Shown here in pieces: positions 25,701 to 35,104 of a stretch of DNA of 64,000 bases. Source of the stretch: Monocercomonoides exilis PA203 (lineage: Eukaryota; Protista; Preaxostyla); contig LSRY02000020.1 of NCBI GenBank assembly GCA_001643675.2, positions 496,001-560,000 on the forward strand, read 5' to 3'. The notes beneath the pieces are model-generated. The model worked only from the letters and a program-made list of their open reading frames with translations. It was not told the origin of the DNA and searched no databases. How positions within the stretch are numbered: the first letter of the stretch is position 1; each line of letters begins with the position of its first letter. Position numbers and translations under genes: made by a program.

Positions 25701-27475
25701 GACTTGAAGCGATAAGGTGTTTGTGGGGGTGCTTCTGAAAGCGGATCGTCTGATTCAAAGGATTTATGCTGCTGTTGATGATGATGAAACATTTTGGGTT
25801 CATCGCTTTGTTGCAGAGGTGTTTCTGATGAAGAAAAAAGAGTAAACTTTTTTTGCTCGTGATTGGCTGTGTTTCCATTGGTATTCGAGTGCCGTGCTGA
25901 CAAAGAATAAGACTCATCCAGTTTTTCGATGCCATTTGATTGATGAGGCAGGTTGAGCTCGTCTTCTGTCTGAACAGCTGGAGAAGTGAATTCAGGTGTT
26001 GCAGGGCACAGTGGGGAGAAAGTGCTACCAGGTGATTTGCTGATAGACGAGACTCTCAGCGAAGAAAGAAGCGGAGAGCGGAGAAGAGGAGAGGAGGAGG
26101 AGGAGGAGGAAGTAGAAGCAGCAGAAGAAGAGGAGGAAGAGGAAGAAGGAGATAAAGGTGAAAGATCAGGAGAGAAAGAAGAAGGCAGCATCAACGAAGG
26201 AGAAGCAGAGCGAGAGCGCGGCAGCAAAGCAGTGTGAGGCAGATTGTTTGCTGGACTGCCTGAGAAAAGGCGCTGAGCTGCAAATTGGCTGGGACGAGAA
26301 GAGAATGTGGAAAGCTTCTGGAAAAACTCTGACTGAATCTTCGCAGATTCTGGTGCGATGAGGCGAGGAGCTACGCTTATGGCATGAGGTAGTGGGGATG
26401 TGCTGGTATTGTCTGTCTCATCGTATGATTGCTTGTTAGCTTCAAAGTCTTCTTTCACATTTTCTTTGAGAGGTTCGTCTTCTGTTTGAGTATTGTTTGT
26501 TGTTTCATTCAAATTTGGGTTGCTGTGTAATTCATTTCTCTTATGCAATATTTCAACCCGTTTTTCTTCTGTCAGCCCTCTTTTTCTTGCCATTTCTATT
26601 CTCTTTCGTTCCTCTTCCTCTTCTTTTCTAACATTGGCAATGTTTTTTTCGACGGACTGAATAATCTCCTCAAATACAGTTTCATCTTCTTTCATTCTTC
26701 GAAGCGACTTCTCATTCACAACACGGAAAATCCCACTTGGACCCATCGGCAAGGGTTTTGCTGCAATAGATTTGAATAACAGTTGCGGGTAATGTGCTCT
26801 GTCTGGTGGAATCTCAAATTCTCTTTTTTGAATTAATTCTGTTGATTGAAGTTCTTCAAGATCGTCTTTTTCGTCACTTCTAGAAGAATTTGTATTTGGT
26901 TTAGAAAATCCTTGAAAAAAAGATTCATCATAAATTGGTAAAGCTGTTGATGATGGTACGCAACCAGTTGGTTTTGAGGTTTTGCAAAATGAAAATGAAT
27001 TATCAGAAAAAATAGATGGAGATGTGATGGTAATTGAAGATGTTTTATTCAATTCATCTTCATCTTCACTTCTTTTATTTTCTTCCAGCCCTTTATCATA
27101 CTTTTGCAAATTTGAGGAAGGTATTGATGTGGAAGATGATGGAAGTGGAGCACAAATTCGCTGTGAATGAGATGTCCAGCAAAGTCGTTCTGGAAACAGA
27201 CGCGAATTGTTTACAATTACTGAAGATCCTTGAGGTATTATTGAGTGTGTGGTTTGACATTTATTGGGCACGTGCTTGCGAGTTATTTTGTTTGGTAAAT
27301 ATAACGATTTTTTCAAAATGTTTTGATCGAAGCTTATTCGTTGTTGGGAATAATCTAATTTTTCTTTCCTGTGTGCAACTAAGTATGAAGATTGATAGTC
27401 ATAATGCTTTTGTTGCTTTGTAATGTCAGGATGAAGTCTTTCTATAGAAATTCTTGAAAAAGATGATTTTTGCAT
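22745..27475 (-). CDS. Ser/Pro-rich intrinsically disordered orphan protein (~1575 aa)
   Basis: A 4.7-kb uninterrupted ORF in AT-rich DNA. First ATG at 27475. Short charged helical patches; no recognisable domain. Confidence 0.65.
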   Translation of the reverse strand: MQKSSFSRISIERLHPDITKQQKHYDYQSSYLVAHRKEKLDYSQQRISFDQNILKKSLYLPNKITRKHVPNKCQTTHSIIPQGSSVIVNNSRLFPERLCWTSHSQRICAPLPSSSTSIPSSNLQKYDKGLEENKRSEDEDELNKTSSITITSPSIFSDNSFSFCKTSKPTGCVPSSTALPIYDESFFQGFSKPNTNSSRSDEKDDLEELQSTELIQKREFEIPPDRAHYPQLLFKSIAAKPLPMGPSGIFRVVNEKSLRRMKEDETVFEEIIQSVEKNIANVRKEEEEERKRIEMARKRGLTEEKRVEILHKRNELHSNPNLNETTNNTQTEDEPLKENVKEDFEANKQSYDETDNTSTSPLPHAISVAPRLIAPESAKIQSEFFQKLSTFSSRPSQFAAQRLFSGSPANNLPHTALLPRSRSASPSLMLPSSFSPDLSPLSPSSSSSSSSAASTSSSSSSSPLLRSPLLSSLRVSSISKSPGSTFSPLCPATPEFTSPAVQTEDELNLPHQSNGIEKLDESYSLSARHSNTNGNTANHEQKKFTLFSSSETPLQQSDEPKMFHHHQQQHKSFESDDPLSEAPPQTPYRFKSLDSILNNPIAHDNPSTDHSLSPKDSSAVSKLVYPRYHVPQFLTGKSNSSASKSHVARYNATMRPATALPSHPLPPMIPLLEKPLCVPAATLAANDAAKTLMNRSLRDRERLKTPVVDITADDESLLNENTEAASEAEESFSFGCKKPPLLRLFTAPTQRPLSPNVHRQPLSPQLMSTRSNVHFFSSDTPASSSTPLATLRSLQLPSTQKPCPPARCRSALLPSSLEVGRSVITPHTFASTLRVPSFQHTPRSSVVADRIVVNNTGKESKSTKYMRESVSAHIHKRRLPEKLKEKDLLLNSAALNPLGSQLTSSTASLTSSIVTPYSSLVSLSPSSPTQAKHSSHPVYPLSLSFTAMHGRESPDLLSSIALQHAPPLSSVPSATVARSSSTVLSSSSKESLFDTFCAEDEVCLKKVDVASNELPFDRHAMIGAFTASLVPPTTAEEEARRKKKKLMSPEEIEAQRREKMLLMNEMKKKKKKNGNVNVNVKGKSITRMSFRQAKAEAEAEFKPEMEESEDESEELIQNIQNLQNMQKPQQSNRQPFPPSVSVSIASDLSTEMKENKKQSNKISEPSSSKTLTERSASAADEVKTTTNRRSSFSSTPKEINLEDAKLLRQLAFPTSPAAIPSASGNTSSTKDSSPSLFIKTASAELSPLPSPSPHIESSNTTEQSYPSFLSPSPSHSKRDLFSSAFSPSSFTSSAPSSPHSLHSFNPHRRSSSVSDTRRHSLSSPRMDSFASSPMAQSHLCLDMDSIAISTTNNPKDAIQNNQSSSSSSSSSSSSLFSMPQPSSASKPSATAIIASGDALRSPNASSSPSFSDTAHSTFSPSSSPSPSSPSSSPHSQNSPFSPSRHPVQERQQSFTQSASASSLSSTGSAAVQTIVEIREQMKQAQEEENLKWENRRLYLIAKEREKELLKKREKEEEKRLKRGGGIAPQPIRNDADDIADPRRHLVTEHRLTDMKVKSPKKNKIIREATEVPFSPG

Positions 27476-28030
27476 ATAAATAGAATTCACAAATTTTGCT
27501 GTGTTCTTTTATTATGAAGTTGAAATTTAATGAGTCTGTTTTTTGTTATTTAAGTAAAATATGTCACTTTTAATCTACAAATAAATATATTTATTTTATA
27601 AAGGTTGTTTCATTCAACTTTTCCTCTTTTTCCTAATAATGACGAAAATAAAAAATTTTGTTAAAGAAATATCTTGAACAAAAGCAATTTTTTGCATGAA
27701 GAAATTAATTCTCTATTAACTGAAATGTTCCACTGCTTGAAAAGATGGTTATCTTTTTCATGCTGACGCTGCGAGCAAATGTGGAATAATTCACGTTTTT
27801 TAAAATTGTTTTTAATCTTTTTTTAATTCTAATTCATGTTATAAGTTTTGTTCTTTGTGTTTATAAGATATTTCAGAAAAATCAAAAATAGTTTTGTGTT
27901 TCCTTTTTAAAGAAAATTATGGATCCTGTTCAATTCACATTCAAAGAATCTTATTATCAATATTTTTCAATTATTCAGAAAAAGAAATGAATATTGGTTT
28001 TTTTGTTAACCATAATGAAACATTTGTTAA

Positions 28031-29031
28031 ATGAGTGAAATGGAATTGTATCATCGGCTTTTAACTGAATATACTTTAATTGCGCGTGAAAGCATGAAAG
28101 GGATTTGGGTTATGCCTTCTCAAAATCCTTTAAGAAATATGCTTTTTTTCCATTATGATTATTGATAAACTCTTTTTTTATTTATTATTATTCTTTGTAA
28201 ATAACTCAACTAAATTGAAAATGATATTTTATTGGAATTTTTTTTTGTTTAAGATGGGATGGAATTCTTTTTTTGAACTGGGGAGATTATAAAGGTGGGC
28301 AGTTTAAATTTGTTATATATTTTGATGAAAAGTTTGCATATGACGATTTATTTTCAATTTAATAAATTTTGAATTTTAATACATTAAGTTTTCCTGAAAG
28401 TTGTCCAATGATTCAATTTCTCGATTATGTGTTTAATCCTTTTATTTCTGAAGATGGCTCTGTATGAGTTTCTTTTTTCTTATTTTTCACAAGCTTTGAA
28501 AATATTTCTCGAATAAATAAAGATTTCTATTCCTAAAAGTTTTAAGTGGACAACTCAATCACATATGTACGAACTTCTACGTCTTATGAAAGCACTTTTT
28601 CTGCCATCTGATCCCTCAAATCCAGGAACAATTGGAGGATTTGCAGAAGGTGACTTCTCAATTTTAAATCCAGATGCAGGAGTGCTGTATGTGTTAAATT
28701 TAATATAAAATTCGCTGAAATTTTTGAAAATTTGTTATTGCTGAATTTTCTTTTTGTTTTGAATGTCTGATTCAGGAAAATTTCTTCATCAGCGGATTAT
28801 TTAAAAAAAGTTAATGAAAGCGTTTCAAAAAGTCGAGACCATCTTCGAACTATTCATACAACTATTACAGATTTTTCACTGCATTTTGATGAGATTAAGA
28901 AAATAACTTCAGAGAATATGTTAGATGGTGAAGAAAATGTTCGTTTGAAAAATAAAGATATTTTCAAAGAGAACCAAGAATTTGAAAAGAAAGTTAAAGA
29001 AGAAATGTTATCCTTCGAACAAATGGTATGA
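28031..29031 (+). CDS. AKTIP: Catalytically inactive E2 variant, AKTIP/FTS/Crossbronx-like (5 exons; absent from the ORF track)
   Basis: Spliced: MSEMELYHRLLTEYTLIARESMKGIWVMPSQNPL..WDGILFLNWGDYKGGQFKFVIYFDENFPESCPMIQFLDYVFNPFISEDGSISIP...LNPDAG. This is a UBC fold with no Cys at the catalytic position, and it parallels AKTIP (LLAEF..GVYVQPS..WFGVIF..GLYQDGVFKF). Confidence 0.7.
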
Positions 29032-29398
29032 GACATTCATTTGAAATTGAGTATTTTTCAATTAATAATTTTGTGAAAATTATCCTGAACTTTAAAAATC
29101 ATTTATTTATCCATCTTCTTACGTGTGAATTGCATGATTGTTTATTTGAATTCTAGAGTGAAGAAGAACAATTACATCATTCCTGGATCTCATTTTTTGA
29201 AAAACAATGCATTTGAAAACAATGACATTTTATTATTTGAATTACAAGATAATAAATAATAATGATTTGATTCGTTGATATCTTGATAAATGTTGAAGAA
29301 ATCTTCAATTCTAATTTTGTGAATAGGTTTATGGTTAACTCACCCCTCATAATTTTTTCGAAAATCAGATCAACTACCCTTAAGTTGAATATAGATAA

Positions 29399-30601
29399 AT
29401 GTCTTGGACAACTGGTTTTGATATAAATACTGTTAGCGAAATTCGCACTGACTCACGTGTATTTTTGGGCGTTGGTGCTATTAAGCAGATCGATTTTATT
29501 GTTGAAGAACTTAAGAAGCGAGGAGTGACTACGATCTTAGTTGTCTCCGGACGTTCTGCTTATCAGAAAACTGGTGCATGGGGATTTGTTCAGGCTGCAT
29601 TTGAAAAGCATGGAATGAAGCACGTATTATACAATAAGGTTTCCGCAAACCCTGAGACACACATGGTCGATGAAGCTGTTGCAATGGGAAAAGAAGCTGG
29701 TGCGAATGCAGTTCTTGCAATTGGAGGAGGAAGTCCTTTGGACGCAGGAAAAAGTGCAGCAATTTTGTTAGCAAATCCAGAAAAGAATTGCACACAACTG
29801 TTTAAATTTGAATTTGTCCCAGAAAAGGCAGTACCATTTGTTGCAATCAACTTGACCCATGGAACCGGAAGTGAAGGAAATAGATTTGCAGTTGTTACAA
29901 TTCCAGAAGAGAACTATAAACCAGCTATTGGATATGATTGCATTTATCCCATGTATTCAATTGATGACCCAGCTCTGATGGTGAGTTTGCCTCCTGACCA
30001 ATCTGTCTACGTTAGTGTCGATGCAGTGAATCATGTTACAGAGGCTGCAACATCAACTTGCTATAATCCACTTGCAGTGACATTAGGATGTGAAGTTGTT
30101 TCTTTGGTTGCAACATACTTACCAAAAGTTATGGCCAATCCTTCTGATCTTGAAGCTCGTTATTATTTGGCTTATGCTGCTCTTATTGCAGGTGTTGGAT
30201 TTGATAACGGATTGCTTCATTACACTCATGCACTTGAACATCCTTTGAGTGGATTGAAAAGCCAGGTTACTCATGGTCTTGGGTTAGCTGTTTTATTACC
30301 ATCTGTTATTAGAGAAATATATCCAGCAAGAGCTCAAATTCTCGCAAAACTTTATGCACCAATTGTTCCAGGATTAAAGGGAGAACCCTCGGAAGCAGAA
30401 GCTGCTGCTGAAGGAACATTGAAATGGCTTCATTCAATTGGTGTCAAAGAAAAATTGCACGATTTGGGATTCAAAAAGGAAGATGTTGAAAAGATGGTTG
30501 ATCTTGCATTTACAACACCAAGTCTTGCTGGTTTGCTTGGCTGTGCTCCAACAAAGGCAACAAGAGAAGTTGTTAAAAGAATTTACGAAACATCTTTTTA
30601 A
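29399..30601 (+). CDS. Iron-containing (group III) alcohol dehydrogenase, prokaryote-type, intronless
   Basis: GVGAI, IGGGSPLDAGK, NLTHGTGSE, SIDDPALM, metal ligands D-AVN-H, HYTHALEH and HGLGLA; 400 aa, complete. Confidence 0.95.
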   Translation: MSWTTGFDINTVSEIRTDSRVFLGVGAIKQIDFIVEELKKRGVTTILVVSGRSAYQKTGAWGFVQAAFEKHGMKHVLYNKVSANPETHMVDEAVAMGKEAGANAVLAIGGGSPLDAGKSAAILLANPEKNCTQLFKFEFVPEKAVPFVAINLTHGTGSEGNRFAVVTIPEENYKPAIGYDCIYPMYSIDDPALMVSLPPDQSVYVSVDAVNHVTEAATSTCYNPLAVTLGCEVVSLVATYLPKVMANPSDLEARYYLAYAALIAGVGFDNGLLHYTHALEHPLSGLKSQVTHGLGLAVLLPSVIREIYPARAQILAKLYAPIVPGLKGEPSEAEAAAEGTLKWLHSIGVKEKLHDLGFKKEDVEKMVDLAFTTPSLAGLLGCAPTKATREVVKRIYETSF

Positions 30602-31163
30602 GAGAAAAATATTTTTCGGAGTGCTAACATTCAAGAGTCTTGCATTAAACATATGAACGAATTGAACAATTGTTTAAAAGTTGTTGCTATATTTTATTTT
30701 CTCTGTATTCTTAATCATTCCAAAGATGTATTTATGTTTTATATTTTTAATTAATCAAATTATTTTAGATGTATTTATCACCATTTAATATTTAGCATAT
30801 GAAATTTCAAATTCTGTTTGTATATTTTTATAAATAAAATTGCCATCGGTTTAAGTGAAGCAAAGAAGCTTTTTTAAGCTGTTATTTCACCCGTTGGATG
30901 GGTGTTAATCCATGAAATTTCAATTTATAGACCTTCATCTTGAAATAGCATTTTATTTCAAGGAATATTACTAAATCAAGAATCAAAAATTGTTATTATT
31001 TTAGTTATTCTTGGTTTATAAATATCCTGTGTGATAATTATTGTTTGCATAAAATTGAAAGAGCTTACCAAATTTCAATACAGTCTCTCACCATTCATGT
31101 TAATTGACAAATGGAGGAAACAGTAATTCTAAAAAAATTTTTTGTTGTTTCAGAAAGGCCCAT

Positions 31164-32398
31164 ATGTGTATCTTTTTCAAAATGCATTAAGTATCATCAA
31201 CTTTTTGCATCTCTTCAATTGAATCAGAATTAACAGGATTCATTCCTAAATTTGACTTGCACTTCATTTCTTCCTTCTCATTTCTAAACGCTTCGGAAAC
31301 AAAAGTTTCATTAATTCGTTCCTTCTTCGAAGAATGCAAAATGAGAACAGTCAAAATTCCTTCAAGCGTTCGAATTGTAAAAACACTCAACTGTTAACAG
31401 ATTCCTATTTGTCACATTCGAACTTGATACAAAAGAAAAAAGGTTGCTGAGAAAAAGAACATGTTGATGACCAGGAAACAAGAAAAACGAGTTATGGAAA
31501 TGCAGAAAATTTTGAGGGATAAAAGAAAGCAAATCACACCGAAAACGCTAAAAGCCGTTGTTGCGAAAGCTTGTCATAAAACGCCTTCTCACAATTTTCA
31601 ATCTTCATTCATAAAAAGGCATAGCGAAAAATTGATGGTCGCCTCTTCAAGCGTGAGAGACGAAAAAAGAATGAAAATTTCGGAACAAAGTATTATAACC
31701 TGGAAAAATTTCTTGACTCAATATGTGAATGGAAAATATTCATCCATGATCTTCTGTGCTGATGAATCAGGTTATCACGCGCATGAAGATACTAGAAAGA
31801 TGAGCCTTATGGTCGGAACAAATGAAAATCTTGAAATGAATCACACGCCTGTTGACAGAGGAGAAAAAAGGATTTCATTGCTCCACTGCATTTCACTTGA
31901 TGGAACTTTTGTTCCTCCTTGTTTTCTTGTGTAAAAAGCTTTCAATACAAGATTCCTTCAGTCTCCAAGCTATCAAATCGAAATTCATGGATGTGTGGAA
32001 ATCGGAAATACGTCTTATTTCACAAAGGAATTGTTTGAAAACTGGATTGAGAAAGTTTTCATTCCTCACATAAACATTAAAAGAATGATTTCACCAGACA
32101 AGCATGCACAGGCTGTGTTAATGCTTGATGGTTGCAGAATCCACCTGTCAGATAATATATTGACTCGACTTGCTAGTGAAAATATATTGCAATTGATTTT
32201 GCCTCCGAATACAACACGTTTGCTTTTATCATTGGATTTATTGTTTTTCTCACTTTGGATGCTCCAAATTCAACAGGTTATATCTTGTTCAACACATAAT
32301 TGTGTGGAGTAACTTTTGTAAGTTGCAAAGAATGATATGTTGCAAATTTCTTCATCGATCAACAAATTTTCTGTTTTTTTAAAGAAAGTTGTCTTGTG
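31164..32398 (+). mobile_element. Decayed pogo/Tigger-type (Tc1/mariner superfamily, DDE_1) transposase pseudogene
   Basis: IFCADESG, RISLLHCISLDGTFVPP, FENWIEKVFIPHI, AVLMLDGCRIH and LPPNTTRLLLSLD lie in one frame interrupted by in-frame stops. No convincing TIR pair was found. Confidence 0.8.
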
Positions 32399-33709
32399 AA
32401 AATTTTTCACAGAAGTCCTTCAAAAGTCCAAATCTTCAGAAAAGGCTTCGAAAAAAGTTGCATAAATTGTGAAAAAGGATAACAAATCATTATCGTTGTC
32501 AAACAAAAGAATAACAAGACAAACAAAAAGAGGTGAAATGGGGAATAATAAACATCGACAGAATGCTATTTCATTTTGGACTTTCGCAATAGACTATATG
32601 TTGTTAACAATTGAAATGTTGATGAATTTCTTTTCATTCAACAACTTTTGCACATTTCAGTGATTAATTTTGGAATCATAACTTTTTTCGGGGAGTTGAT
32701 TTTTCAAAAGTTGTTCGTCTTTGACTAGAAATATATCCTTTTAATGATGAATGTTTAACATTTCTTTAAAAAGCACATGTTTGAGATTTATTAATGACAT
32801 TTTTTTGCAGATGGTGTTGTCACTTTTTAACGTTCTCTAACAAAAATACAAAACAATATTTCAAACCAAATATTTTTATTGAAATAACATGATTTGAAAA
32901 TTATTACCAATTTCAAAACAATAAAAATCGCAATCCATTAAGAATTGGGATATATTCTTTCATCTCTGATATTGTTTTATGGAAATAGTTCTTTAATTGA
33001 AATATTCAAATATGAATTATTCATGTCAATGATAACAATAAATTCATTTTCCACATTCATAATTTTTTTTCAATTTCAACGATAATCTCCATTCAGGAAA
33101 AGAACTTTTTTTTGAAAATAATAAAGAAAGAGTTTTGTTTTAATTGAAGGTTGAGAATGAAAAAATAATTTCTTTAATTTGAAGCAACTTCATTGATTTA
33201 ATCAAAAAATGTTTGTTCAAAATCAGCATTAAATAATCAGCAATTTTTTAGTTATTATTTCTTAGAAAATTTTTGTTTTTGATCTCAGATTATTGTAAAT
33301 TTAATGTCAAAGCAAGAGTGTTAAAAAAAAAAATAAAAGCCATTTCATAATGACTATATTATTTCTCGTTCATCAAAGAAAAACAAACAAACAAACAAAA
33401 AAAAAAAAATAAAAATGCTGAGAGCTCTCTGGAATTACAAATAATTAAACTCATAAGCTATCAAAAAAATGAAACTTAAAAAACTTAAATTCAATTATGA
33501 TTGATAAAAATAAATTAATTGGCGCTTTCAAAGATAACACAATTAATAATTTTAATTTAACATATCATTTCATTAATAAATGATATGTCAAACGGGCATG
33601 AAATAATACATTGAATAGAAATTTATTAAATTAAAATATACCAAAATTCTAATATTTCACATCAATAAATCAACAAATAAAACAATATTAATTGTTTTCA
33701 CTTTATAAG

Positions 33710-33988
33710 TTACACAGGAATACTAAATCTAAAAATGTTTTCAATTTTATAATAATTAATACAAACATTAATAAACACATACAATATCAGAAATATAACA
33801 ATTGCTGAAGTTATGCATATTAGAAATGAATACAGCCCAGAATCATCCACCACAAAGTTAAATGAGTTTGAAGGCTTCTTAAATCCTGTACCCTCAACCC
33901 CGAGAGCTACCAAAATTACAGCAATTAATGGTATCAATCCATAAATTATTAATATCCACGCCAAACAACAACCGCACTTTTTCTTCAT
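33710..33988 (-). CDS. First exon of a small or multi-exon membrane protein (3' exons unresolved)
   Basis: MKKKCGCCLAWILIIYGLIPLIAVILVALG..., with two hydrophobic helices; divergent from the thioredoxin gene. Confidence 0.4.
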   Translation of the reverse strand: MKKKCGCCLAWILIIYGLIPLIAVILVALGVEGTGFKKPSNSFNFVVDDSGLYSFLICITSAIVIFLILYVFINVCINYYKIENIFRFSIPV

Positions 33989-34064
33989 CTTTGAAATTAT
34001 TTATGGTTTGTTCTCCCACTATATAAAATAAAAGAACCGTAATAACATTATTCAGAAATTATTT

Positions 34065-34938
34065 ATGTTATTTTTTGTTGTTGTGAACTTAATTGGCAAT
34101 ATTTTTCCACTTGAAGCCATAGAACTTAATCAAACTGGATTTAGGCACGAAGTTTTGAGATCAGATAAAACTTATTTTATCAGTTTGAATTCTATTTGAA
34201 AAAAGACTTGAAGACTTTAATTTTCAACTTTCAGTGTTTCATCGTTCTGATTGTCATGAGTGTGATAAAGCGGCTCCAGAAGTTGACAAACTAGCGGATC
34301 AGATGAAAACAATTGGAATTGGAGTGGGAAAAATCAGTCTTGACGAATATCCTCAGTTTTCCAAAGCTTACAAAGTGTATAGCACACCAACAATGATGCT
34401 GTTTCGACCACATAAAGAACAATTAACATACAAAGGAAGCAATCTTTTTGCTCCAATGAGCAAATGGATATTGGAGAATCAGCTTGGAGGGAGAGAAACT
34501 CCTCAGTTAAAAGATGATGAAAAAGTTGATCAATTTTTTTCTCAATCTGAAAAAAAACCAAGATTTTTGATGTTATCAGAAGAGAATATGATACCACCTC
34601 CTTTTAAAGAATTTTGCTTCAGGCAACGAAAAACTGTTAAGTGTGCTTTTGCTTGCCCAAAATATCCTCAATATCAAACTGTCATTCAAAAGTTAAAGGA
34701 CATTCAAAATGTTGATATTGCTTCATCGGACAACCCTGTCATTTATGCGATTCATACTCCAAGTGATAATGATAATGATAAAAAATTGAATATATCAATT
34801 TATAACGATGGAATGGTATTTAACTGGCTGACAGAATTTTATTACAAAATTGTCCCTTCAGCTAAACCAAAGGTGATAGCTCCAAATAATGATGAATCTT
34901 CTTCAACCGAGAATAATAATCAAAAGAATGATCTTTAA
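34065..34938 (+). CDS. ER thioredoxin/PDI-family protein, CHEC active site, C-terminal KNDL; intron 34183-34234
   Basis: Signal peptide MLFFVVVNLIGNIFPLEA, IELNQTGFRHEVLRSDKTYFIMFHRSDCHECDKAAP, YKVYSTPTMMLF, then a second Trx-like domain; ends KNDL. Confidence 0.82.
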
Positions 34939-35104
34939 TCTGGTTAAAGTTTTATTTTAATATTAATTTCATTTCAAGTGTGAACCCGAATCTTTTATTT
35001 TTGTGTTATTTGCGTGTTTATGTGTACTTAAAATTCGTTATGGATCAAAATTTCCATTTATTTTTATTCAAATTCACTGATTGGGTTTGTGGGGAGCTTC
35101 AGGC

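Noticed and set aside
1029-30601. Apparent metal/oxygen gene cluster (hemerythrin, Cys-rich protein, Fe-ADH)
   Set aside because: The genes are interspersed with unrelated housekeeping genes on both strands. There is no shared motif or other evidence of co-regulation.
30888-30904. Small hairpin CACCC-GTTGGAT-GGGTG downstream of the ADH
   Set aside because: Too short. It has no IRE (CAGUGN) loop or SECIS features and is compatible with chance.
31079-31100. TA-CAGT start resembling a pogo terminal inverted repeat
   Set aside because: No matching inverted copy was found downstream of the transposase.
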